A DNA stretch of 26,030 bases from a virus (taxonomy: Duplodnaviria > Caudoviricetes): IMG/VR virus record IMGVR_UViG_3300029319_003723, positions 1-26,030 of that record. One strand, written 5' to 3'. Both the position numbers and the translations under genes were made by a program. Of the stretch, positions 9,286 to 18,208 are shown piece by piece (the stretch's first letter is position 1; the number at the start of each line of letters is the position of its first letter). A model generated the notes under the pieces. That model searched no databases and was not told the origin of the DNA. It worked only from the letters and a program-made list of their open reading frames with translations.

Positions 9286-9688
9286 TATAGATTATAGCCT
9301 CGCTAAAACATCCAGATAAATCATCTTCGTACTGCTTGTCTAAAATTAATTCTGGAGTCAACCACATTTGCTTATGAACCACTCCATCGTTTAGTGTTCC
9401 CACGGTGAAGTAATTTTTTGTCGGTTGACCGATAGCACCGAGAGCAGATCTCACTAAATATAGTGCCTCACACTCTCCTATATCTATTATACATTTGTTA
9501 GACCGAAATTGCAAGTGCAAATCCTCAATAAACACAGAATTTTTCTCACAATAGTCTTTTACTTCGTACCACACATCGTAATCAGAAAAGAACCAATGCT
9601 TTTTATCGGTCGTCATAACCTTGACGAAGATTTTGCTTATATTTTTTCTGTCCGACGAATAAAACTCGCCCCATTTCTTATCGTCCAT
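9254..9688 (-). CDS. Hypothetical protein
   Basis: 144-aa ORF in the operon. Confidence 0.65.
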   Translation of the reverse strand: MDDKKWGEFYSSDRKNISKIFVKVMTTDKKHWFFSDYDVWYEVKDYCEKNSVFIEDLHLQFRSNKCIIDIGECEALYLVRSALGAIGQPTKNYFTVGTLNDGVVHKQMWLTPELILDKQYEDDLSGCFSEAIIYNEQKEKKRKE

Positions 9689-9691
9689 TTG

Positions 9692-9997
9692 TCACCTGAT
9701 ATTCGTGGTACATTTGGAACTTCTCCTCGTTCCATTATTTGTAAACTTAGCACGTTTTTCATCTGACATTTCTGCTGCATTTTGGGTCATAACCGTAGAT
9801 CCTTTTCCATTTCTAGCAAACTGCTGTAGCAGCAGAGTCTCTGCCTTTTGCTTATCGTCAACTGGAATGGTCTTAATGTGTTTCTCAATGCTAGACTTAG
9901 CTCTATCTAAATCCTTGCATAAATCTTCCATCGGTTTTTCTAGATGGCTTTCAATGTAAAATTTCTCTGCCTTACTGAGCGGTCCCTTCTTAGTCAT
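9692..9997 (-). CDS. Hypothetical protein, possible N-terminal helix-turn-helix
   Basis: LSKAEKFYIE...MEDLCKDLDRAKSSIEKHI resembles an HTH; GAGGA RBS. Confidence 0.65.
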   Translation of the reverse strand: MTKKGPLSKAEKFYIESHLEKPMEDLCKDLDRAKSSIEKHIKTIPVDDKQKAETLLLQQFARNGKGSTVMTQNAAEMSDEKRAKFTNNGTRRSSKCTTNIR

Positions 9998-10322
9998 TTA
10001 AAAATCCTCGTTGAGCCTTGGTTAAGTAAATTGAATTATTAGTTTTTAAATATGTAACATAAAAATCAAAAGTGCTTCTTGAAACCTTTTTAATTTGCGT
10101 ATCTAGATTTCTCTCTCTTCTGCCGTATGGACCCATTGGGTCGAATGGTGAACTTTGATAAATTCTAATATAGCAAGTTTCCCTGCCTTCTGAGTTCCGA
10201 ACAATTTTAGCATAGTGCGGCAATTTATACTGCTCATCTTTATCTAATACTTCTCCAGTTTTTCCAAACAGAAATACAGTTTTGTCCTCTTGTGGTAAAA
10301 ATTTTCCGTCAATAAATCTCAT
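9990..10322 (-). CDS. Hypothetical protein
   Basis: 110-aa ORF, ATGA overlap with the upstream gene, GGAGG RBS. Confidence 0.65.
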   Translation of the reverse strand: MRFIDGKFLPQEDKTVFLFGKTGEVLDKDEQYKLPHYAKIVRNSEGRETCYIRIYQSSPFDPMGPYGRRERNLDTQIKKVSRSTFDFYVTYLKTNNSIYLTKAQRGFLND

Positions 10323-10672
10323 TTACGGCCCTCCATAATATATCTAGTTTTTTGTTGAGGTGTCATTTTATTAATTTCTTTTGGTGTAGCAGTTCCATAT
10401 TTGTCGTACCAAGCCTTTGGTGCTTCTGGTGTTGACTCACGTTTTTTTGCTTCTGCTTCTGCAATTTTGTTTTTGTTCTCCCTAGCGTTTTTATCTGCAA
10501 GACCTCCAATAGTTTCGCTTCCAGAAACAAATCCGTGAAGACCACCAGTCAAAACTTTAAACAGTTTCTTCTTACCACACTCAGGACATTTCTTGAGTGG
10601 GTCGTCAGTCATCTTTTGCCACTCTTCAAAAGAGTGTTCACATGCACTGCACTCGTAAATATATGTTGGCAT
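10319..10672 (-). CDS. FmdB-family zinc-ribbon protein
   Basis: MPTYIYECSACEHSFEEWQKMTDDPLKKCPECGKKKLFK matches the FmdB CxxC-CxxC N-terminus. Confidence 0.88.
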   Translation of the reverse strand: MPTYIYECSACEHSFEEWQKMTDDPLKKCPECGKKKLFKVLTGGLHGFVSGSETIGGLADKNARENKNKIAEAEAKKRESTPEAPKAWYDKYGTATPKEINKMTPQQKTRYIMEGRK

Positions 10673-11344
10673 TTAATTCTCCAATGCTCTTAAAAATCTT
10701 CCTATAATCCCATTCCTCTGAATATCCTCGTAGCCTAGTTTGCAGATTGCAATTCCGTCAATACGATCTAGTCTATTCATGCAAAACTCCAGACCACTCC
10801 GACCACGCAAATCATTTTGTTCAATGTCTCCATTGATAATAACTTTACTGTTTTCGCCCATGCGAGAGACAAACATTTTAATCTGGTCTTCAGTACAGTT
10901 TTGTGCTTCATCCAAAATCATGTAAGAGTTATGAAATGTAGATCCTCTCATAACTTCTAAAGGTTTGTATTGGATCTGCCCTTCATTGGAATAAAGACCA
11001 TAATATGCTTGACCAAGAAAGTGCTTTAAGTTCTCTTTCATTGGTAAGAGATATGGTGCGATTTTTTCACCCATCTCTCCGGGCAAAGACCCGATGTCTT
11101 TACCAGTACAAACTAATGGTCTAGTTACAATGATCTGCTCAATCCTATTCTGATGTAGGTGTTGAGCGGCAATTCCTGCTGCTATAAAAGACTTACCAGA
11201 ACCCGCTGGGCCAGAACAAAGTATAATATCGTTCTCTACGATTGCTCTGATGTAGTCTCTTTGGTTTTCTGTTTTTGCTTCTAAAGATTTAATTTTGTGA
11301 TTAGGTTTCTTGCTGTCTTCTCGTCTTTGTCGTTTAGTTCTCAT
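10673..11344 (-). CDS. phoH: PhoH-family ATPase
   Basis: GPAGSGKS, TRP, GSLPG, MRGSTF, ILDEAQN, GDIEQND. Confidence 0.95.
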   Translation of the reverse strand: MRTKRQRREDSKKPNHKIKSLEAKTENQRDYIRAIVENDIILCSGPAGSGKSFIAAGIAAQHLHQNRIEQIIVTRPLVCTGKDIGSLPGEMGEKIAPYLLPMKENLKHFLGQAYYGLYSNEGQIQYKPLEVMRGSTFHNSYMILDEAQNCTEDQIKMFVSRMGENSKVIINGDIEQNDLRGRSGLEFCMNRLDRIDGIAICKLGYEDIQRNGIIGRFLRALEN

Positions 11345-11366
11345 ATAAAACCTTTATGTGGAAAGT

Positions 11367-11741
11367 TTATAGATCGGCCTCCTTAACGAACACACCGTCA
11401 ACCATCTTACCTTTCCTATCCTTAATGTCATTCCATGCCTTCGAAAGACATTTAGAAATGCTCAATTTGTTTCTCTCTGCGATATTGATTAGTACAACAA
11501 TCATGTCGCCAATATCGTCAGAGACATCCTTACCTTTACAAATACTGTCAGAAAGCTCACCAGCCTCCTGCATTAATTTGCAAAACTGATCCTTGTCTGT
11601 AGACCCTTCAATAAGATTACGTTCGTGATGCCACCGTGTAATCTTTTCAATATAAGATTTAGTTCCAATATTTCGTGGAACATTATTGGTAGTACCCAAC
11701 ATTGACTGTCTTACTAAATAGTCTTTACATATATCACTCAT
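11367..11741 (-). CDS. mazG: MazG-like nucleotide pyrophosphohydrolase
   Basis: WHHERNL, KLMQEAGEL, DDIGDMIVVL, IKDRKGKMVDGVFVKE, typical of phage single-domain MazG. Confidence 0.88.
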   Translation of the reverse strand: MSDICKDYLVRQSMLGTTNNVPRNIGTKSYIEKITRWHHERNLIEGSTDKDQFCKLMQEAGELSDSICKGKDVSDDIGDMIVVLINIAERNKLSISKCLSKAWNDIKDRKGKMVDGVFVKEADL

Positions 11742-12810
11742 AAGTGAAGCCTCCTAAGTCCATATCATCTAAGTCGTTCTTACTAGCACCGATTTTGTAG
11801 CTAGTAATTTCATGTTCCTGTGGAGCTACTTGAACACTTTCACTTTGCATCCAAGCCTGCGTCCAACCTGCGATTGGGTTCTTTCCAACGTTTTCGTATG
11901 GAAGCCCAATAGCTTTTCTTCGAGACATACAGAGCCAATCAATGTATTGGTGTAGTACAGTCTCGTTGAGTCCAATGATTGATCCGTTTTGGAACAGGTA
12001 CGATGCCCATTCTTTTTCTTCTACTGCTGCTCTATTAAACATTTCAATGGCGTCATCTTGACACTTGGCGGCTGTACTAACAAATCCTTCTGACTCTTCT
12101 GTATGGAGAATCTTTAGAATCTGCTGAGTATTTGCTAAATGTAAAGCCTCATCACGCTTAATGAGCTTGATAATATCTGCGTTGCCGACCATCTTCTTGT
12201 TCTCTGCAAATGCAAAGCTACAAACAAAGCTAACATAGAACCGGATAGCCTCAAGAATGTTGATACTAACAACGGTCATATAGATTTGCTTCTTGAGATC
12301 GGACGGTTTGGTTGCATCGCAAGCCATACCCATCAAGTTATTATAGTCCGCAATGGCACTATTTGCCCGCTTCATAATCTCTTTGTCTTCATAAATTCCG
12401 CCAAAAATTTCGGAACTGTCAGCAAAAACATTCTGAATGATATAACTATAACTCTGAGAATGAATCTTCTCAAAGAATTGCCATGTCATTAGGCAGGCTT
12501 CTAACTCTGTGTTCGTGACAAACTCTAGCAAAGTAGGAACACCACGGCAGATTACACTATCAAGCATAGTCTGATATTTAAGATTAGACGTAAAGATAAA
12601 CTTCTCATTGTCCGACATCTCTTTAAAGTCGCCACGATCTTTTTTCAGTTCAATCTCTTCTGGTCGCCAGAAGTTCATCATCTGCTTACTGTCAAGATCC
12701 TTGAAGATGGGATACTTAACAACGTCATATCGCTGAACTCCAAGGTCTTTACCAAGGAAAAGCGGTTGTGACATCGGATCGACATTCTTGGTATTAAAAA
12801 TCGTTTTCAT
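11734..12810 (-). CDS. nrdB: Ribonucleotide reductase class Ia beta subunit
   Basis: FWRPEE, QTMLDS, EKIHSQSY (radical Tyr), LEAIRFYVSF, RDEALH, VAPQE. Start 12810 gives an ATGA overlap with the nrdA stop. Confidence 0.96.
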   Translation of the reverse strand: MKTIFNTKNVDPMSQPLFLGKDLGVQRYDVVKYPIFKDLDSKQMMNFWRPEEIELKKDRGDFKEMSDNEKFIFTSNLKYQTMLDSVICRGVPTLLEFVTNTELEACLMTWQFFEKIHSQSYSYIIQNVFADSSEIFGGIYEDKEIMKRANSAIADYNNLMGMACDATKPSDLKKQIYMTVVSINILEAIRFYVSFVCSFAFAENKKMVGNADIIKLIKRDEALHLANTQQILKILHTEESEGFVSTAAKCQDDAIEMFNRAAVEEKEWASYLFQNGSIIGLNETVLHQYIDWLCMSRRKAIGLPYENVGKNPIAGWTQAWMQSESVQVAPQEHEITSYKIGASKNDLDDMDLGGFTYE

Positions 12811-15035
12811 ATTGCACATGCTCCAGATTCGCAGTTCATCTCTTTTTCAGTCTCTCCATCACCATCCGGTGTGTTAGCATAATAAAAATTCTTTAGTCCA
12901 TACTTATAACCATAGATTTGATCTTTAATTAGAACGCTCAATGGAATATTTCCATCCTCATAATGAGAGTAATTATAGTACAAGTTTGTACTCATACTCA
13001 TATCCACAAACTTCTGGATCACAGCCGCCACGTTGAGCATAGCTTGATTGCTTGGCATGTCCCACGCAAGTGTATAGAAGTTTTTTCTCATGTGATAATT
13101 TGGCACCAACTGTTTAAGCACACCGTTCTTTGCTTTCTTATGAATCAATAAACTTCTGACTGGTTCGATTCCGTTAGTGCTGTTTTGAATAACGCTACTA
13201 GACTCGCAAGGCATAATAGCAGATAAAGTAGAGTGCCGTAAGCCGTGTTTTTTAATGCGTTCACGAAGCCCCTCCCAATCCATGTTATAATTTGGTTTAA
13301 TTAATTCATCTACAGTTTTCTTGTACCAGTCAATGGGTAAAAGACCATCTGAGTATTTAGTCTCATCAAACTTAGAACATGCACCTTTTTCTTCTGCCAA
13401 TTCGCAACTTGCATTTAGCAGATTCCACTGAATCTGTTCCATAGTCTCATGAATCAACTCTAACGCTTCGGGATCTTCATACTTTAGTTTGTTCTTAGCC
13501 AAAAATCCAGCAAGGTTAGTAATACCAATTCCAAGTGATCGTCTGTTCTTGGTAAAGTTCTCACCGGCAATTACAGGGTAATCTTGGTAATCAATAACAG
13601 AGTCAAGAGTCCGTACAGCAATTCGACATGCTTCTTCAATATCTTTCTCATCGTTCATCTCCAACAGGTTCAAAGCCGACAAAATGCAAATACCAATCTC
13701 ACCTTCTGCATCATCAATAGCCTGAATGGGATTTGTCGGATGGATAATTTCTTGACAAAGATTTGACATATAGCATGGTACACTCCACGATCCGTGTTCA
13801 TTAGCTGAGTCAATATTCATGCTGTAAATACGTCCAGTTTCCAAACGTTCACGAGCAAAGATTTCTGCCAGCTTTCGTGCAGGAACTTTCTTCTTAAACT
13901 TTAAAGATGTTGCTCTTTCATATTTAAGGTATAGCTCTTCAAACTTTTCATTGTCGCCAAACGATTCGTATAACCCCTTAGCCTCATCTGGGCTGAATAG
14001 TGTAATATCCTCGTTAGCAATTAGACGATCATAGAACAGCTTGCAAAACTGAATACTGTAATCCAATTTACGCACTCTGTTATCGTCTGTACCGGCATTG
14101 TTTTTAAGAACCATGATGTCCTCAATCTCGTAGTGCCAGAATGGTACATGCACCGTAGCAGAGCCTCCACGAAGCCCGTTCTGAGACGTTGATTTAACTG
14201 CCGACTCAAAGTTCTTTAAGTATGGGATGAGTCCTGTGTGGATGACCTCTCCACCCCTGATAGGTGAGTTGATTGGTCGCATACGTCCGATGTTGAGTCC
14301 GATTCCCGCACGTCTCGCAGTATACTTGCCAACCGCATGAATACTAGAAAATATAGCGTCAAGATTATCGTCAACATCCACCAGAACACAACTGGCGAAT
14401 TGACGTATATTAGTCCTAACACCAGCCATGATAGGAGTGGGTAAGTTAATTTGGAACGTGGAGTAGCAGTCATACGCTTGCTTTACCTCGTTAATATCAT
14501 CGAATAGACACATGGCAATAGCCATATAAGCAAACTGAGGTGTCTCATAAATATCGCCCGTACTTCTATTCTTTACCAAGTATTTATCAATCATCTGCTG
14601 TAGACCAGCATATGTAAACATATCATCACGATTGTGACTTATGTACTTACCAAAGGCATCAATTTCTTCTTCATTCCACTTCTTCTCCAGTTGTGGATCA
14701 TAGATGCCATTATCTACGTTTCTACGGATGAACATTAGGAAGTCAGTGGGTTGATCTCCATAACCCCAAACCTCTTTTCTGAGTTGCATGTTTAGCAGTC
14801 TAGCAGCGACATACTGATAATTGGGTGCAGATGTTGATATCAAATCGTTTGCTGACTTAATCAGAATCTGATGAATCTCTGAGCTAGTAATCCCATCATA
14901 CAGGGACAGGTTGGCGTTCATCTCAACGTCAGAAAGTGACACACCATTAATACCTTTAACCGCCCAGCTTACAACCTTATGGATCTTTTCTACTGAGAAA
15001 TCTTCTTTAGATCCATCACGTTTTGTAACCTGCAT
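12807..15035 (-). CDS. nrdA: Ribonucleotide reductase class Ia alpha subunit with ATP cone
   Basis: VTKRDG ATP cone, PTPIMAG, FASCVL, SNLCQEI, GICILSA, MPCESSS, YY, C-terminal CESGACAI; no intein or intron visible. Confidence 0.97.
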   Translation of the reverse strand: MQVTKRDGSKEDFSVEKIHKVVSWAVKGINGVSLSDVEMNANLSLYDGITSSEIHQILIKSANDLISTSAPNYQYVAARLLNMQLRKEVWGYGDQPTDFLMFIRRNVDNGIYDPQLEKKWNEEEIDAFGKYISHNRDDMFTYAGLQQMIDKYLVKNRSTGDIYETPQFAYMAIAMCLFDDINEVKQAYDCYSTFQINLPTPIMAGVRTNIRQFASCVLVDVDDNLDAIFSSIHAVGKYTARRAGIGLNIGRMRPINSPIRGGEVIHTGLIPYLKNFESAVKSTSQNGLRGGSATVHVPFWHYEIEDIMVLKNNAGTDDNRVRKLDYSIQFCKLFYDRLIANEDITLFSPDEAKGLYESFGDNEKFEELYLKYERATSLKFKKKVPARKLAEIFARERLETGRIYSMNIDSANEHGSWSVPCYMSNLCQEIIHPTNPIQAIDDAEGEIGICILSALNLLEMNDEKDIEEACRIAVRTLDSVIDYQDYPVIAGENFTKNRRSLGIGITNLAGFLAKNKLKYEDPEALELIHETMEQIQWNLLNASCELAEEKGACSKFDETKYSDGLLPIDWYKKTVDELIKPNYNMDWEGLRERIKKHGLRHSTLSAIMPCESSSVIQNSTNGIEPVRSLLIHKKAKNGVLKQLVPNYHMRKNFYTLAWDMPSNQAMLNVAAVIQKFVDMSMSTNLYYNYSHYEDGNIPLSVLIKDQIYGYKYGLKNFYYANTPDGDGETEKEMNCESGACAI

Positions 15036-15092
15036 CTAGTTGTTCCTTATCTTTATACAAATGTTGTCGAATATAGCGGGTTCTTGTACTAT

Positions 15093-15121
15093 ATTATAGT
15101 CTATGAAACCGGTTTTGTCAA
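15093..15121 (-). promoter_or_regulatory. Consensus sigma70-type promoter upstream of nrdA
   Basis: Minus strand TTGACA (15121-15116), 17-nt spacer, TATAAT (15098-15093), followed by ATAGTA. Confidence 0.85.
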
Positions 15122-15132
15122 GGGTAAAGTAC

Positions 15133-15176
15133 AAAAAAACCTCTCTAAAGTAGGTATTATTCTACTAAAGAGAGGT
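15133..15176 (-). terminator. Rho-independent terminator ending the membrane/peptidase cluster
   Basis: Minus strand ACCTCTCT-TT-AGTAG-loop-CTACT-TT-AGAGAGGT followed by a T run. Confidence 0.8.
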
Positions 15177-15183
15177 CAGATTG

Positions 15184-15357
15184 TTATTGCTTAATGGACA
15201 GTTCGATTCCGTCACCAATGTCGATAACCATATAGTTTTCGCCATTACGTTTTACGAACTTAACTTTATCCATTATTCTTTTTACTTTGTCAATATCTTG
15301 CTGCTCAATGCCATACTTGCTCATTACTTTGTCAAGTAACATATCTATTAAGCTCAT
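15184..15357 (-). CDS. Small hypothetical protein
   Basis: MSLIDMLLDKV...; ATG 15357 overlaps the upstream stop (ATGA). Confidence 0.6.
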   Translation of the reverse strand: MSLIDMLLDKVMSKYGIEQQDIDKVKRIMDKVKFVKRNGENYMVIDIGDGIELSIKQ

Positions 15358-15833
15358 TGATTTACACCCCAAGCTACTGCTTCGAGGACATCTACAAGAT
15401 CTTGACGCTTATCATCAGTTAAAGATTGGTTCTCCAAACCGATTGCATTTTGAACTGCATATTCTACAGCGGCACCGAAACCTTCGTATTTACCGGAAAA
15501 TTCTGTATCAAAATGCAGGATACCTGCCATTACATTAAAGTTTGCAAACTGGCCGGTTGTTTTGATGATCTTATCGTCATCCCCTACAACGTCTGCTAGT
15601 TCTAGGAAGAAGCAAGAAACTAGGTCTGCATCTTCTTTAGAAAATTCGATCTTAACAATATCGTCAACTAGTTCTTTATTCTCTAGAGATGGTTCGTCTA
15701 CCTTTACATTTGGATCGTCCGGTATAACATCAACAATCTCTACGTTATTTTTAACCCATTCGAAAACAGGTTCACCAAACAGTGCAACCGCACATAAAAT
15801 AGAGGCAAGAATAATTCTAAGCTGATCGCTCAT
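15354..15833 (-). CDS. Membrane-anchored or exported acidic hypothetical protein
   Basis: Start at 15833 (AGGAGG RBS); hydrophobic IILASILCAVALFG, then an acidic helical domain. Confidence 0.7.
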   Translation of the reverse strand: MSDQLRIILASILCAVALFGEPVFEWVKNNVEIVDVIPDDPNVKVDEPSLENKELVDDIVKIEFSKEDADLVSCFFLELADVVGDDDKIIKTTGQFANFNVMAGILHFDTEFSGKYEGFGAAVEYAVQNAIGLENQSLTDDKRQDLVDVLEAVAWGVNQ

Positions 15834-16101
15834 CGTCACCCTCCTGAATTGCAAATAGTGGGAAGATCTTTTTGAGTTCTCTGGCAGCATCCTTCATACC
15901 TTGACCTTCGCAACAATCAACCAAGTGTTTCCAACACTCGACAACATCCACCAATCCATCGCAAGTATCTATATGCTCTGGTGTGGGTGGTGCAGGTGGT
16001 GGTGTAGGGTCAGATGAAACAGCCCCTTTAACCTTTTCGATAATCATGGGTGCAACCAAAATGGCAGCTAATCCAAGCATTACCCACTGAAATACATTCA
16101 T
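15817..16101 (-). CDS. Small membrane protein with Pro-rich linker and Cys-containing domain
   Basis: N-terminal TM WVMLGLAAILVAPMII, PTPPPAPPTP linker, four Cys. Confidence 0.7.
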   Translation of the reverse strand: MNVFQWVMLGLAAILVAPMIIEKVKGAVSSDPTPPPAPPTPEHIDTCDGLVDVVECWKHLVDCCEGQGMKDAARELKKIFPLFAIQEGDDERSA

Positions 16102-16433
16102 TACTTTCCTCCAATTTCTTTCAAAATATTGTTAAGTTCTTTATCCGACAAATTTTTGCCAACATCAATGAAAGCACCATACATCGCATCTCTATGACTG
16201 CTTCCTTTAACGTGTTTTCTAATTTCTCTTTTGAGAAATAGTTTAAATAACCAAGAAGGATTCCGCAGTTCCCCACGAACCTTCTCTGAGCTTCGACACT
16301 GCCACCATAGTCTAATCAAGTTTATAATTATACTTATGATTAGTGTTATAGTAGCTGGGTCAATACCAAAGTTCTTGTCTTTGGCCGCAACATGAGAAGA
16401 TATTCTTGTCGCTACTTTGTTTAGGTCACTCAT
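16101..16433 (-). CDS. Single-TM membrane protein
   Basis: GIDPATITLIISIIINLIRLWW hydrophobic helix followed by a basic tail; start at 16433. Confidence 0.7.
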   Translation of the reverse strand: MSDLNKVATRISSHVAAKDKNFGIDPATITLIISIIINLIRLWWQCRSSEKVRGELRNPSWLFKLFLKREIRKHVKGSSHRDAMYGAFIDVGKNLSDKELNNILKEIGGK

Positions 16434-16434
16434 G

Positions 16435-17037
16435 TTAGTTTTCCAAGACTGATTTAGGAATGGTTTCATCCAGTTTTTTGATTGCTGTTTCTGAGTTCAT
16501 AAAACCTGCCGACTTGAACATAACTTTTGATAGTTTGTCTACGTCAACAAGAACAACCGTTGGATAACTTGAAACCTTGTAAAATTCAAAAAACTTTTCA
16601 TGCTCTTTGTTGTCAGCATCGAACATAAATAGTTTCACTTTATTTTCTTTCAAAAACTTGACCATCTTGGGATCGGCCCAAGTCTCTTTCTTCATCTTAA
16701 CGCAGGGGCCGCACCATTCAGCACCAAAGTGGTACACGTTGTACTCTGGTTCCATATCGGCAGTCATTGGTTCCTGCCCATCTTTACTTTCGCAAGCTGC
16801 ACAACCCGGACATTTAGTTTTATGTCCATCTCCATGAGTAATGTATCCAGATCCATCACATAACTCCTCGATTTTGTCTGGTGTGGTATCTGGATTATTC
16901 ATAGTGACAATCGCCAAACGTGTGGATTGGTAGGCTCTCATTTTTTTAGAGTGCCTGTCGCAATCTTGTGCAGACGTTCCACTACAACCAACAACCAGTA
17001 AACATAATACTGCTAAATATAGAAAATTTTTATACAT
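16435..17037 (-). CDS. Lipoprotein with C-terminal thioredoxin domain
   Basis: Signal peptide with lipobox LLVVG|C; Cys motif CDGSG...CPGCAAC; FGAEWCGPC active site; cis-Pro motif SYPT. Confidence 0.85.
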   Translation of the reverse strand: MYKNFLYLAVLCLLVVGCSGTSAQDCDRHSKKMRAYQSTRLAIVTMNNPDTTPDKIEELCDGSGYITHGDGHKTKCPGCAACESKDGQEPMTADMEPEYNVYHFGAEWCGPCVKMKKETWADPKMVKFLKENKVKLFMFDADNKEHEKFFEFYKVSSYPTVVLVDVDKLSKVMFKSAGFMNSETAIKKLDETIPKSVLEN

Positions 17038-17048
17038 TGTGATGTGCC

Positions 17049-17975
17049 TTATAGGTATGTATTGAATCCGTAATTTGGAAGTTTTCTGGCTGGAAAACCG
17101 TCTACGTCACTAAAGACCCAAGATCCCCAGTTACCTGACAGCATACCTCTTGCATCTCGTTCCCTGATCCAGAAACTACCATCTGGTTGCCCATGAACTT
17201 TGGGGCCACTATTCCATTTACCCCAACTGTTTTGTACCAAGAACAGCATTTCATTGTAACGCTCTCTTGTGTCATCACAGGCTATCCAAGCCATCGCATG
17301 TGCCCAGCCACCAGATTTCTTTGCGATACCCTTTGAGTCTCGCCTACTTGAGAATCCGTAGCCAGAACAGACAGAAACACCGTAACCATTGGCTAGAGCA
17401 TCTCTGGCTTCTTCGACGGTTGTGATTGCGGAAATAGTCTTAACCTGATGCTTACTAGCTTCATCAATATAAATACTCTTGGGAATATTATGTTTTGCAC
17501 CCAAGCTAGAATTATATTTTGATAGGTCTACTTTTCCATAGTCTTTTCTTAAAAGAATTCCACCTTTCTCGTGGACGTATTTAGCGGCACCAGAACAAGT
17601 CATTCCCTGACCCTTATGCCCTCTGCTTTGATAGATAGCTTCCGTTGCACTTCTAACTATAAAATCTTCTGACTCGCCTTTGATATCAATTTCAACTGCT
17701 CTTGTTATATCTATAGCATTTCTAGTAGAATGACTTACACAATCACCAGTTGTCTGCTTTTCTGCTGGGCCAAACCCTTTATCGAATTTAAGCAAAGAAA
17801 GAAAAGGCAGGGAAAGTTTACCTTCCCCTGCTCCAAATAGCTTATAAGCAGTAGCACCAAAGAGTGGAGTCTTTAACCGGCCTAATAATTCTGCGGTTTC
17901 TTCTGGGTCACATACAGCACCATCAAAACCGTTGCGATATGCGTTAAGCAAATCGCGTGGCGTGTTAAAGTCCAT
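17049..17975 (-). CDS. Papain-like (C1 family) cysteine peptidase, no signal peptide
   Basis: Oxyanion Gln and catalytic Cys in KQTTGDCVSH, His in WAHAMAW, Asn in VQNSWG, C-terminal GSFWI. Confidence 0.85.
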   Translation of the reverse strand: MDFNTPRDLLNAYRNGFDGAVCDPEETAELLGRLKTPLFGATAYKLFGAGEGKLSLPFLSLLKFDKGFGPAEKQTTGDCVSHSTRNAIDITRAVEIDIKGESEDFIVRSATEAIYQSRGHKGQGMTCSGAAKYVHEKGGILLRKDYGKVDLSKYNSSLGAKHNIPKSIYIDEASKHQVKTISAITTVEEARDALANGYGVSVCSGYGFSSRRDSKGIAKKSGGWAHAMAWIACDDTRERYNEMLFLVQNSWGKWNSGPKVHGQPDGSFWIRERDARGMLSGNWGSWVFSDVDGFPARKLPNYGFNTYL

Positions 17976-17989
17976 TGTTTACTCCTGTC

Positions 17990-18208
17990 TTAATCTTTCG
18001 GTGAAGCGTCTTTGAGCCACTTGATAGCGGTATCAAGACCAACAGCGATGATTGGAACAAAAAGCGGAGTATAAAGTCCGATGTCAACAACATCTAAATT
18101 TTCCGCAACAACGGTTAGTGCCGCTGCACCGCCCACTAAAAGAGCGTTCTTAACGACACCAGAGATGTCGCTCCAATTTAAACTAAATCTTTTACTACCT
18201 TCATTCAT
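17990..18208 (-). CDS. Small two-TM membrane protein, holin-like
   Basis: 72 aa with two hydrophobic segments (ALLVGGAAALTVVA; LYTPLFVPIIAVGL) and charged termini; directly upstream of the peptidase. Holin role is inference. Confidence 0.6.
   Translation of the reverse strand: MNEGSKRFSLNWSDISGVVKNALLVGGAAALTVVAENLDVVDIGLYTPLFVPIIAVGLDTAIKWLKDASPKD

Noticed and set aside
11734-15035. Inteins or introns in nrdA/nrdB (also checked dnaB and recA)
   Set aside because: Protein lengths are normal and the motifs are contiguous.
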